Positions 51,660-64,000 of a stretch of 64,000 bases of DNA are shown here, piece after piece. The notes beneath the pieces are model-generated. The model saw nothing but the letters and a program-made list of their open reading frames with translations, ran no database searches and was not told the DNA's origin. Source of the DNA: Macrostomum lignano (taxonomy: Eukaryota); contig NIVC01003244.1 in assembly GCA_002269645.1 (NCBI GenBank), positions 1 through 64,000 of the forward strand. Reading direction: 5' to 3'. The stretch's first letter is position 1, and each line of letters opens with the position of its first letter. Both the position numbers and the translations under genes were made by a program.

Positions 51660-52475
51660 GCTTGTGAAGTTTCAAGCTTGTGAAATTTCGAACTGATAAA
51701 GTTTCGAGCTGATAAAATTTCGATCTGATAAAAATTCGAGCTGGTAAAGTTTCGAACTGATAAAGTTTCGAGCTTGTGAAGTTTCGAACTGATAAAGTCT
51801 CGAGCTTGTGAAGTTTCGAACTGATAAAGTTTCGAGCTGATAACGTCTCGAGCTTGTGAAGTTTCGAACTGATAAAGTTTCGAGCTGATAAAGTCTCGAG
51901 CTTGTGAAGTTTCGAACTGATAAAGTTTCGAGCTGATAAAATTTCGAGCTGATAAAAGTTCGAGCTGGTAAAGTTTCGAACTGATAAAGTTTCGAGCTTG
52001 TGAAGTTTCGAACTGATAAAGTTTCGAGCTTGTGAAGTTTCGAACTGATAAAGTTTCGAGCTTGTGAAGTTTCGAACTGGTAAAGTTTCGAGCTGATAAA
52101 ATTTCGAGCTGATAAAAGTTCGAGCTTGTGAAGTTTCGAACTGATAAAGTCTCGAGCTTGTGAAGTTTCGAACTGATAAAGTTTCGAGCTTGTGAAGTTT
52201 CGAACTGGTAAAGTTTCGAGCTGATAAAATTTCGAGCTGATAAAAGTTCGAGCTTGTGAAGTTTCGAACTGATAAAGTCTCGAGCTTGTGAAGTTTCGAA
52301 CTGATAAAGTCTCGAGCTTGTGAAGTTTCGAACTGATAAAGTTTCGAGCTGATACAATTTCGAGCTGATAAAATTTCGAGCTGATAAAATTTCGAGCTGA
52401 TAAAATTTCGAGCTGATAAAAGTTCGAGCTTGTGAAGTTTCGAGCTTGTGAAGTTTCGAACTGATAAAGTTTCGA
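51660..52475. repeat. Compound 16-bp satellite GTTTCGA(A/G)CTGATAAA / GTTTCGAGCTTGTGAA
   Basis: Alternating related 16-17-bp units. Confidence 0.9.
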
Positions 52476-52703
52476 GTTTAGGAAACATCCGGATGAAAGA
52501 CAATTTAATAATCAAATCGTTAAAAAATTTCTTCATTCTAAAAAAAGTATTTAAATGTCCTGAAGGTTGCGACAATTGTGTGAAACCAGGTTTTTAACCA
52601 ATCTGTAAATTTCCTGTGCCTGCATGGCTGCTCCGTTCTGGCGCAAAAAAAGACTGTAAAAAATTAATCAGTTAAGTTCATTAACTACCGAGTACGATGT
52701 TAA

Positions 52704-54191
52704 CTAAACTGGCAATAAATCTTCCAGACAGGACATCACAGCGGTGGCGTGACTCGCCAGCATCGAGGCCCACAGTGTCACCTCGCCATTCACCGTGAAA
52801 TCGTCGCCTTGTGACTGGTCGCCTTCACGGTCTTTAGACGAGCACAAACCAGCAAGCCAAGCGTCACTCGATGGTCGACAGCCTTCATGGCTACTACTAG
52901 CAGTAGCATCAGCAGCATTCGCTGATTGTTTAACAATTAGTTTAGAAGCCAGCTCGGGAACTGTGCCAGCTGAGTTGGGCAGCAAATTCAGCTCTTCAAT
53001 AACCATCCAGATGTCCCACTTAGCAACTAAAGAAGCCGTGACTAAATCCGATCGGACAGAATCGCCAAAGTAGGCAATCTTTCTGGATTGAGTTTTATCA
53101 TCACATTGTCCAAGAAATTTCAATTCAAATTCTTCCGCACAACCGCTGATGTAAGCTTTACCCGACCGAATGGAAGGCGTTCGAAGCTTTCGTAGCTGCT
53201 GTAGTAACTAGCCGAGCTTGAATAATACGATTTGGACTTTTTCATAAAAAAGTTCGGCTTCCCAGCCTCCAACAGGCAGGCGTCGAATAAATCCGGCCAG
53301 TCCTGACCCAGAATGTGCTCAAGATGTCTGGCAGCGAACTGAGCCTCAGAGGATGATAATAAAAAGACATAAATGCCGCGTTGGCGAAGCTGTTTGAGCA
53401 GCACTCGAACTCCGGAGGTCACCGGGCACAGGTAAGCGCTGGGATTAGCTAATACATATTTAAAATAAGCGCCATCATCTGAGTAGACGTGAAGCAAAGC
53501 TGAGTAGCAATCCTGCCAAAGGCTGCTGCAGTCAGTCAGTGGGGTGGTTCGATTCTCTTCTGCCAAGTCCACCTGTTGATGAAGCCAACTTGCTTTTAGT
53601 AGAATATCAGCACGTATATGTAGCATCATACTGTACTGCACTGTACTGTACTGTACTGCAACCCACCTGGCCATTTTCATTTTTTTGTGCTCACAAAGCC
53701 CCAAATGAATGTGGCTGCGCAACCAGAGGTGGTCCTGGAGCCCCCCTCCTTCCCCAACGCACCAATTTAGCGAATATCAAACTGCCAGGCAAGTCGTAGT
53801 GAGTATCCTGAAATCGATAGCGACCATCTCGTTCGTGTCGATAGCCGCTATTGAGAACGGCTTGAGCAAACGGCGGCCGACCGTCTGGCGGATAAGCCAA
53901 TTTAGCGTCAAACTGTTTGCTGCCGTGACAAACTCTCAATGCTGCACCTGTGGGCGACATCAAAAGCAGATTGCCGCCTATTTTGTCTAAAATAGCGGCC
54001 CTACTCATTAAGCCGCACTCAACTGGCGATGACCAGTCAAGACTGCGCAGATGATTGGGATAGCCGCGATGCTTAACTAAATAGTCTGCCAATTCAACGT
54101 AAGCTAGACTGACCAGATTGCGCAACTGATAACGGCCCAGCGTGAGATCGATGTCAAAACCGACTGCGTCGTAGTCAAACAGACGCTCCAT
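52704..54191 (-). CDS. NT5DC1: 5'-nucleotidase domain-containing protein 1-like (HAD superfamily), one intron plus an unresolved frameshift
   Basis: N-terminal YDAVGFDIDLTL (HAD motif I), GT-AG intron 53762-53573 (phase 0), FLLSSS, KPNFF, and YFGDSVRSD...WDIWMVIEEL (motif IV). Reading frame changes between ~53200 and ~53150. Confidence 0.8.
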
Positions 54192-54329
54192 ATTTATTTG
54201 GTGTTGTCTGACTAACCGACTAAACTGACGGAATCGGTGCTGAAAATAATAATAATAAATCGGAGTGCTAGTTGGTATCGAGATGAGATGAATATTTGAA
54301 ATTTGTCATGATTCATGACTTAGACTCTT

Positions 54330-55100
54330 AAGTGTTGGAATCATTAGTCTTAGTCTTAGTCTTAAATTCTTATTCGCAGACTCTTATTATTAGACTCTCA
54401 GTCTTAGACCCTTAGTCTTAGACCCAGTCTTATTTGTGTTTCAACAAACTTTCATCAGTCTTAGTCTAAGATTCTTAGTCTTAGACTCTTAGTCTTAGAT
54501 TATTAGTCTTAGACTCTTAGTCTTAGATTCTTAGTCTTAGACTCTTAGTCTTAGATTCTTAGTCTTAGACTCTTAGTCTTACATTCTTAGTCTTATACCC
54601 TTAGTCTAAGATTCTTAGTCTTCGATTATTAGTCTTAGATTATTAGTCTTAGATTATTAGTCTTAGATTATTAGTCTTAGATTATTAGTCTTAGATTCTT
54701 AGTCTAAGATTCTTAGTCTTAGATTCTTAGTCTTAGACTCTTAGTCTTACATTCTTAGTCTTATACCCTTAGTCTAAGATTCTTAGTCTTCGATTATTAG
54801 TCTTAGATTATTAGTCTTAGATTATTAGTCTTAGATTATTAGTCTTAGATTCTTAGTCTTAGATTCTTAGTCTAAGATTCTTAGTCATAGATTCTTAGTC
54901 TTAGACTCTTAGTCTAAGATTCTTAGTCTTAGATTCTTAGTCTTAGACTCTTAGTCTTAGATTATTAGTCTCAGACTCTTAGTCTTAGATTATTAGTCTT
55001 AGATTATTAGTCTTAGATTATTAGTCTTAGATTATTAGTCTTAGATTCTTAGTCTTAGATTCTTAGTCTTATACCCTTAGTCTTAGATTCTTAGTCTCAT
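54330..55100. repeat. 14-bp satellite TTAGTCTTAGA(T/C)T(C/A)
   Basis: Tandem array between the divergent NT5DC1-like and ZNRF3-like genes. Confidence 0.95.
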
Positions 55101-55697
55101 TTGTGTTTCAACAGGCTTTCATCATTTTCACTTCGTGAAATCCGCTCTATAGATAGATCTAAGAAATTAGCATTGGACATTACTGGTATTGGCATCTATA
55201 TCTAAGAAAATCAGTATGCCAAATGACAAAAGTGATGTACAATGTAACCTTGATCTACAAAAAACTAAGTGCATATCTATGATTCTTGAATTTTCATAAA
55301 TTAACAAACGAATGGGTCATTTATTTCTTTAAAATATAGTTTCACCCAGCGGAGGGGCATAGATTACTAGTCTATTATACTAATTAGACAGTAATATTAA
55401 AATACTAGGCATTACTTTGCATATACTTATCTACGTGCAAAATATCGGTCTCAAAACCCAATGGCCCGATTTCTAACAGTTTAGAAAAGAATGACAAACA
55501 TAGGGGGCAATTTAACGCCCAGCCTATAGCGCCTGGCCACTGAGCAATTTAGCAGTCAACAGCCAATGAGAAAACGATACAGGCGCCATATGGAAGATGC
55601 AGTAAGTAGAGAAATGGGATCCTTATTTAATGAGCCATTCGAAAAATCCAACTGATAATGAAACAGAAGCTTTGAGGGAAAAAAAACAACCGTTAGA

Positions 55698-58600
55698 ATG
55701 GCAAAATCACCTGGCCTGCTATCAATTACAATCGCGCTGCTTGTGGTCAGCAGCGAACTAAAGATCACAGCACAGGGCTGGCAGTGGACTAGAGCCAATA
55801 TTAGCGTGAGTATTCAGCAATCAGCTTTGCCACACGGCAAACAAGGCCAAGATAGGATTGTTCGACTAGCCGGATTTTATGCTCCAAAGACGTCGAATGA
55901 AGCGTTCAACAGCAGTGGAAATCTGGTCAAGGTGAGCCAAAAACGAGCTACAGGGTAAAAATGAAGATCGTGAGCTCTTTTTAAAAATAGATCGAAATAT
56001 TTCTTATTCTGACAAATCGTTTCTTAAAAAGCTTAAGACTTCTGATCAAAAGTCGCATTAAATTAAAATGCCCCTGCCGAACAGTTATAAGGAACTAACT
56101 TGACAATTGTCAGTTAGTCTGTAAGATACCTGACCAAGAGTTGACAATTGTCAGTTAGTCTGTAAGATACCTGACCAAGAGTTGACAATTGTCAGTTAGT
56201 CTGTAAGATATCTGACCAACAGTTGAAAATTGTCAGTTAGTCTGTAAGATACCTGACCAAGAGTTGACAATTGTCAGTTAGTCTGTAAGATATCTGACCA
56301 ACAGTTGAAAATTGTCAGTTAGTCTGTAAGATATCTGACCAACAGTTGAAAATTGTCAGTTAGTCTGTAAGATATCTGACCAACAGTTGAAAATTGTCAG
56401 TTAGTCTGTAAGATACCTGACCAAGAGTTGACAATTGTCAGTTAGTCGGTAAGATATCTGACCAACAGTTGACAATTGTCAGTTAGTCGGTAAGATATCT
56501 GACCAACAGTTGACAATTGTCAGTTAGTCTGTAAGATACCTGACCAAGAGTTGACAATTGTCAGTTAGTCGGTAAGATATCTGACAAACAGTTGAAAATT
56601 GTCAGTTAGTCTGTAAGATATCTGACCAACAGTTGACAATTGTCAGTTAGTCGGTAAGATATCTGACAAACAGTTGAAAATTGTCAGTTAGTCTGTAAGA
56701 TACCTGTCCAAGAGTTGACAATTGTCAGTTAGTCTGTAAGATACCTGACCAAGAGTTAACAATTGTCAGTTCGTCTGTAAGATACCTGACCAAGAGTTGA
56801 CAATTGTCAGTTAGTCTGTAAGATATCTGACCAACAGTTGACAATTGTCAGTTAGTCGGTAAGATATCTGACCAACAGTTGACAATTGTCAGTTAGTCGG
56901 TAAGATACCTGTCCAAGAGTTGACAATTGTCAGTTAGTCTGTAAGATACCTGACCAAGAGTTAACAATTGTCAGTTCGTCTGTAAGATACCTGACCAAGA
57001 GTTGACAATTGTCAGTTAGTCTGTAAGATACCTGACCAACAGTTGACGATTGTCAGTTAGTCTGTAAGATATCTGACCAACAGTTGACAATTGTCAGTTA
57101 GTCGGTAAGATATCTGACAAACAGTTGAAAATTGTCAGTTAGTCTGTAAGATACCTGACCAAGAGTTAACAATTGTCAGTTCGTCTGTAAGATATCTGAC
57201 CAACAGTTGACAATTGTCAGTTAGTCGGTAAGATACCTGACCAAGAGTTAACAATTGTCAGTTCGTCTGTAAGATATCTGACCAACAGTTGACAATTGTC
57301 AGTTAGTCGGTAAGATATCTGACAAACAGTTGAAAATTGTCAGTTAGTCTGTAAGATACCTGACCAAGAGTTGACGATTGTCAGTTAGTCTGTAAGATAT
57401 CTGACCAAGAGTTGACAATTGTCAGTTAGTCGGTAAGATATCTGACAAACAGTTGAAAATTGTCAGTTAGTCTGTAAGATACCTGACCAAGAGTTGACAA
57501 TTGTCAGTTAGTCGGTAAGATATCTGACAAACAGTTGAAACTTGTCAGTTAGTCTGTAAGATACCTGACCAAGAGTTAACAATTGTCAGTTCGTCTGTAA
57601 GATATCTGACCAACAGTTGACAATTGTCAGTTAGTCTGTAAGATATCTGACCAACAGTTGACAATTGTCAGTTAGTCTGTAAGATATCTGACCAACAGTT
57701 GACAATTGTCAGTTAGTCTGTAAGATATCTTACCAACAGTTTACAATTGTCAGTTAGTCTGTAAGATATCTGACAAACAGTTGAAAATTGTCAGTTAGTC
57801 TGTAAGATACCTGACCAAGAGTTGACAATTGTCAGTTAGTCTGTAAGATACCTGACCAAGAGTTAACAATTGTCAGTTCGTCTGTAAGATATCTGACCAA
57901 CAGTTGACAATCATCAGTTAAATTGTATTTGTAAGATAATAATTTATCGGGCACTGAGCTGACATGCTCACTTGTTAAAGTTGTTAGTATGTATCGAAAT
58001 CAATAAAACACTGCAGAGGAGTGGCAGAAAGTCAGTTAATAATGCCTTGTGCTAACGATAGTAGGGAATAGAGCAATATATAATGAATTGAACAGAACAA
58101 TGGGTTTTGGAAAAGGAAAAATCAGATAGAATTTAATGGCATTGACGAAAATTCCCCTAAAAATTCTAAAAAGCCCCTATTAACTATCCTATAAGTCACT
58201 AATCAGTCACATTTATACCAAACCAAACCTGAAGTCTAACTGGGAAGAGATTTAAGGTAAAAAAATCAATACAACAAAGGAGAATATTTCCAACCGGATC
58301 GACACCTGATACCTGAAAAGCAGCTTCCTATGAGGCAATGATTCTTTTAATAAGTGCTAGATTGATTGGATATGCAGTAAAGCATGCTATGCAGGATGCA
58401 CAAGCTAGGAGTATAGAAAATCCAAGTACAATAAGTATCTTAAGCGTTGTTATCCACACAAATCGCTAAGATCGTTTCTGTTTACCAAAACTAGCATTGT
58501 GAAATATTCCATCTGTTTTTTTTCAGCTATTTCGGTATCAATAAATAAACCTTGGAACAAACTTTCAATAAATCATCTTAAGGCTACTAGAACGGCGACT

Positions 58601-61600
58601 GTTCCTCAAACAGCAGCAGTGATAAACAGTTTTATAATTTTTATTAAAAAAAGATTTTAATCAAACTAGGCAGCCGGTGACAAAGCAGGAAACGGGGGTA
58701 AGTTTTTATAGGAAATTAAAGACGGAAATTTGAATTACGAATCAAATTTTTGTAGCAAAGCAACAGACCCATGGGTTTCAGTGCTTCGTGTAGCAGGGTC
58801 GGTGATAGAGACAAGGCACGTGACGAGTAGGTAGGATCGACTTATGCACTATATAGCGGAAAACAAGTATTGCTTTTGTCAGCCTAACTGAGAATAAAGC
58901 CATCCAAAGTGAGAATCCTGCCTACGCTGACTGCGAAGGGCCTGGCTGCGTGCAGCCTTAGTCTATGGGCCATAGACAATAAAGGACAAGCAAAGTGATA
59001 AAAAGCCATCCAATGTGAGAATCGATTGGTCTATGCGTCGTATTGTTTTATTTTTATACCTTCTGAGCCATATGACTAGCCAATAGCTTGAACGGAATAA
59101 CGGAAACAGGAACACACTGGATAATGTCTTTTTAAAACTTTGCTTGTCCTTTATAGTCTATGGCTCATAGACTAGGCTGGACGCAGCTAGGCCCTTCGTA
59201 TTCAGCGTAGGCAGGATTCTCACATTGGATGGCTTTTTATCACTTTGCTTATCCTTTATAGTCTATGGCCCATAGACTAAGGCTGCACGCAGCCAGGCCC
59301 TTCGCAGTCAGCGTAGGCAGGATTCTCACTTTGGATGGCTTTATTCTCAGTTAGGCTGACAAAACCTATACTAAGCGAACGTGAAATAAAGAAAAAATGG
59401 AAAGAGAATTGACAGCCTGACAGAACACGGAGCGCACAGGGCGAATTCGTATTCTCAAGCATCAACTACTTTTTTCTTAGAAATCAGCATTAACCACAGT
59501 ATAGTCTGCAGCCTCCCGTTAGGCTACAGTATACAGCATGTCTGCTTTAAATTCTACTTAGCAAAAACACCAACGATGCAGGCAGATATAAATATATGAA
59601 GCATTGTTTTCAGTGCTTAAACAGGCTAGATAGGAAGGAAACAGACGGAATCAAAATGAGGCGAGAGAGTGAGTAATTGACAGAGAAATTGAGAGAGAGA
59701 TGGAGATAGACACAGGAAAGAGGGAAAGTTAGTTATAGCTGTCAATCATTCGATAAGCACCCTTGCCTCCAGAACACGGCCTCTATACATGGCCTGCCTG
59801 ACTCAGCTAAAGAGACAAGCCTCTCAAACTGTTTCTTAGATAGTTGGAATCCATGTGATTGCGTCACTGCTTCTCCATTTTTCACAGCTACAGTCTCGTC
59901 AGCAGCAGAATCGATTATTAGGAAACTTATAACAGAGTCGACTTCAATTTCTACTCAACAATAAAAAACCCACCAGACGGCCATACTTATTGTGGGCCCC
60001 CTCCTCGGGGGCGGGAGTAGCTACCTGTCAATCCTAGGAGAGAATGAGAGCACTGGGATTTCTGTTCACACTTGGCGTCAAGGCCCGACCCGCCCCAGAG
60101 AAGGAATTGAGAGTCCATTTTGAGTAAAAAGCGATGACGCATGACGACGCTGACTAGCAGTAGCAAAGTAGTTTACTCGTATTATTAAAGTTTTCAGCCA
60201 GCCCAGTGTTGGTGCTTAAAAATTTCAAACCCGCGCTACACTTAAATTCTACTCAGGTATAACAACGCGAGCAGAGCTGGGAGCGAGAGAAACCGGGAGA
60301 AAAATTAGGAAGAAAAAGAGAAAGTGACGCACACCACAGCGCTGGCTGTCTGTCTCTCACCCAATACAGCACAAGTGCTGGAGCAAGGTCGACTCCGCCC
60401 ACTAGAATAGCCCTTCCTCCCGTGCAGCCCCAGCAGTTTTCGCTCTCAAGTCTTCTTCCCTGAAACCACCTTCCCCACGTTTGCAGATTCACAATAGAAT
60501 TGCCACACACACGCACACTCTTCACACCCAGGTGGCAGAAGCTCAACTCTCTTCCCCCTTTTCAATCCGTTCTGTCTGTCTCTCTGCCCCCCTTCCCCTC
60601 ATTATTCCTCGCTTTCGCCTCCTCCGGTCATAACTTGTCAATCTCGCTTTAATAAGGCTATACCCACTCACCCTGTCTGCAACAAAATCTATATTTGGAG
60701 CTCTGGCTGCAGCCTCAATTAAGGTATTTTATGCAACCAAAACAGTCTAGTTATTTATCAGGTCATCCCGAAAAATTTCTGCAATTTTTCTTTGGCTTTA
60801 ATATTAATATTAATAATTGATTACACCTGCGCGAATGCGCAGATGTGCAACCGACAGCTCATCTGAAGGTTGCGTACGGCTGTTCAGCCCAAGGACTGGG
60901 GAGTCGGCCACACACACCCTCAATTACCCCAGATAATGCTGACACCCATTTTACAGCTTGGGTGAACTGAAGCAATGCAGAGTTAATTATCTTGCGTAAG
61001 GACACAATTTGTTCTGAGTAGATCGAGAATCGAAACCCCGACCTTTCAGCCGAGTCCGGCGCTCTAGTCTCTAGGCTACAATCCCATCTTTGGCTTTGAT
61101 AGCTCAAAAACTTTGGTTGAGTTTCACTTTATCTCTTTAGACATTTCTCAGTATCTGCTAGAAAAAGTTGCGACCTTTTTGAGTGAATTATATTGCATAT
61201 TTTAATAGGCTTATAAACCTGCAGATAAGAATTCGAGCTCAGAAATGTTGGAAAAATTCTGAAATCAACAGTGCATATACTATAGCTTGTAAGAGAAAAT
61301 AGCTTCTAGTTCTGCCATACAAATAGCTATTCATCGTTAAACTTCATCCTCTCCCACTAAGTTCATCTTTTTGTTTAAAAACCAGGCAAAGGCAAATAAT
61401 CGATACTCAACAGAGTAAAACAGGGAGCTGCATTAAACACCAGAGCAGCGCAATTAGTATAGAGAAATAGGAAGGAAATATGCCAGGTATGGAGATGCGC
61501 GGTGAAATGACGATACACACACTAACGGGACGGGTTGTCTGTTTGAGATATAGTAAAAGTGAAAACGATATTCCCTGTCCGGTAAAATGGATGCATGGAT

Positions 61601-63629
61601 AAACGGAACTAGCCGCATGGAAAGCTGAACAAGAAAAGTTTAGTCAATCTCTTTCCTGTTGACTTCATCCTGCTACACTACACGCACTGTCAACTCAACT
61701 CCTATTGATTATAGCTAAGCTGTCTTCATTAGCAACAAAAGCGGTGCACCAGACTGCCCCATTTGATAGCTCAGTTGCCACGCCCTATCGATCCAAATCT
61801 GGAAATAGGCTCTGTAGTAGCTTATACCAACTAGTGAATTTTCATTTCGATTCTGCAAAATTTCATTCTATAAGAACATGAAATGCTAAGTAATTATGAA
61901 AGTAAATTAGGCCGATTAAATAAATGTCTACACAGAATTGAAACAAGGACAAATTTTCGAAGAAAGTTTCGGCTTTAGGAAAAATTAAAATTTGTAAATT
62001 TAATAAATGCCTGATGTTTACAAAAATTAAAGAAACAATAAAATTGGATGTCATATCAAAAGACGAGCATTTGATTCTGCTTTTAAAAGCAATCCAAATT
62101 TTGTACCGAGAAATTTCGGTATTGTATTTTTCGTACAGTGCTAGCCCTCAAGTATTTTTCCAGGAATTTAAGTTTTATTTACGTTCTTAATTACTTGAAA
62201 CCTACGTTCATGCCCAAGCCTCGTGACGTTGTTCTAAGCTTAGAACTTGGTGACCACACATTTTTAAAATTAGTTTTGAAAGTTGCAAACTTGTAAAATA
62301 CTTAATAAGTAGCCGAAAAAACCTTCTAACAGATATTATCGCTGGGTCTGTGTCGCGAAGACACCGATCAACTGCACCACGAGGCATGGATTGGCCTAGT
62401 CTATCCCAAAGAATCCGATTGGTTTGCGCCAAGCACCTGCAATCGACTGGCTGAGCAGACTCGGAGGGCGGCTAAACGAGGCGCCGTTGGATTAGTGTTC
62501 GACGTGCGCAACGCTCACGGACACCTGCGAGAACAGGTAGACTATATTTAGAATTCTGGTATGATGATATGCTACTTGAATTAGGATATCAGCATTAAAC
62601 AAGGTCTTCTGAATTATTTATTCCACAGCTAATGGAAGCTGGCAAAGACCAAGAAGGCTTCAACATCACGGTGGCAATAGTTGACTCAAGAGATGCAACA
62701 AATTTAGACCTGTTGGAGTCGCTGGATTTAGCAAAATACCACGCCAAGGTTGACATTCGACCAGCTTCAAGCGTCAAAAGTCGGTACAGTGGTCGCACTG
62801 GGAACCGAGGTCCCGAAACCACTCGGGTGACATTCTACGCGGAGATTGCGGCCTTCCTACTGTTCTTTCTGGCCTTCTGCATCATCGGAATCGGGCTGCT
62901 AGTTAAGGTAGGAGAAGCTTTATAATAATATTTGGCTCTAGTTGAATAAAACTTCAACCAGACAGACGACAATTACAAAACACAATAGCACTAGTAAACA
63001 CTCGTCTACACTTCAAACTTTGTCTTAATGCAGTAGACGTTGTTGACGACTGAACTTTAATAGCACGACTATTTTTGCCACGTATGTGGCTCATGATTGT
63101 TTTAGCCAAAAAGTTATGTCCACTGTATATTGCCGGTAGCCATTTCTTTCTTCAGTTCTACTCCTATCGGGAAACCAACAACACAGCTGGGACGCTGTTA
63201 CTAAGGAACCCCAAGCTGGCAGGATCAGCAGCGGACCAGCATCTGACCCAGCATCTTCGCCGAGAATGTTGCTCAACCTGCTTGGAGCCGTTTCAAAACA
63301 CCAACGAGCCACACCGTACGCTGCCCTGCGGACACGGATTTCATTTGCAATGCCTCAACAATTGGCTAGCTGCCAATCAGACCTGTCCAATATGCAACCA
63401 CAATATTCTGGGCGAACCGCCACTTGAAGAAGACAATACAATGGAAACCATGACAACCACGGCTACGGCAACCACTGCGGTTGCGATAGAAACGGCTGTA
63501 TCCGACGAAGTCTATTCGTCTAACTATAGCGTACTATGCGACGACGGGCCAACAAACATTTCTAGCAGCAAATTTCTGTCAAACATAACAACAGGAAAAA
63601 CGAATCCGTCACGAGAGACAACGCTTTGA
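55698..63629 (+). CDS. ZNRF3: ZNRF3/RNF43-like PA-domain transmembrane RING-H2 E3 ligase, 4 exons, ~396 aa
   Basis: Exons 55698-55931 (signal peptide; donor AAG|GTGAGC), 62333-62536, 62629-62907 and 63156-63629, all phase 0. PA domain LGLC...AWIGLV...C...RRAAKRGAVGLVFDV matches recalled ZNRF3 LGLC...GWVGVV...C...KRAVQRGATAVIFDV. TM ends LLVK; C3H2C3 RING ends TCPICNHNI. Confidence 0.85.
56095..57920. repeat. 41-bp minisatellite TGACAATTGTCAGTTAGTCTGTAAGATACCTGACCAAGAGT, ~44 copies
   Basis: Tandem array in ZNRF3-like intron 1. Confidence 0.95.
58874..59364. mobile_element. Foldback/MITE with ~150-bp TIRs and internal sub-repeats
   Basis: TTTTGTCAGCCTAACTGAGAATAAAGCC... mirrors ...GGCTTTATTCTCAGTTAGGCTGACAAAA. 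Palindromic GTCTATG(G)GCCATAGAC cores; right arm partly duplicated at ~59135-59215. Confidence 0.8.
60865..61085 (-). mobile_element. tRNA-derived SINE (same family as 6540-6720)
   Basis: Reverse complement reads GGGATTGTAGCCTAGAG...GGTCGGGGTTTCGATTCTCG...CTCTGCATTGCTTCAGTTCACCCAAGCTGTAAAATGGGTG. Confidence 0.8.
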
Positions 63630-64000
63630 TCATTGAGCAAGTTTTCTAGCATACTAACCTTGTATGCTCCAGTTTTTTCAAGACTTCATCGAATCAAAAC
63701 TCAACCGTGATCGGTTCAATAGAACCATATGTTCAACATTGTAAATATTGGCGTCAACTAATATTATTGTCATAAGATTTATTGATTAGTTATTTGCACG
63801 AACTATAACGGGTGGCCCAAGCACAGGGTTACACTTTAACTACCACTACCAATACCTGAAAGATATTTTACCTTAGCGCAGGGACGAAGTCCTCCCAACC
63901 ACAACAATTTTTGTTTTCTATAAAGTAGACTTAAGAAATTGTGGGGCGGTTGATAGAGTTTTGGCCATAGACAGCTGGTTGCATCAACTACTTTGGTGCT

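Noticed and set aside
53220-53250. Programmed -1 frameshift at TTTTTT/GAAAAAG in the NT5DC1-like gene
   Set aside because: The -1 frame hits a TAG shortly downstream, before the homologous sequence resumes.
61430-61830. Possible LINE remnant
   Set aside because: No reverse transcriptase or endonuclease motif could be read in any frame.
63064-63081. Possible 18-nt microexon (HDYFCH) in the ZNRF3-like gene
   Set aside because: AG/GT flanks exist, but the direct exon 3-4 join already gives a sensible juxtamembrane region.

Overview
Eukaryotic (animal) genomic DNA. The gene style (poly-Gln/Ala/Ser coding, GT-AG introns stuffed with 14-41 bp minisatellites) resembles a free-living flatworm such as Macrostomum, which is an inference. 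Most long ORFs in the track are artefacts of stop-free satellite units. Reading splice sites by hand gives phase-consistent models for a NALCN auxiliary factor (NALF/FAM155-like), an MPP8-like chromodomain-ankyrin protein, a 1107-aa coiled-coil/acidic-repeat protein (possibly ICE1-like), Ral GTPase, an NT5DC1-like HAD nucleotidase with an unresolved frameshift, and a ZNRF3/RNF43-like PA-TM-RING ligase. A further two-exon secreted prohormone, only partly visible in the ORF track, is predicted to release a CC-X6-CC peptide and is the most novel-looking item. The window also holds two long-TIR MITEs, two foldback elements, two copies of a tRNA-derived SINE, a Gypsy integrase relic and more than 20 distinct tandem arrays. 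All family assignments come from recalled motifs; no database search was run.
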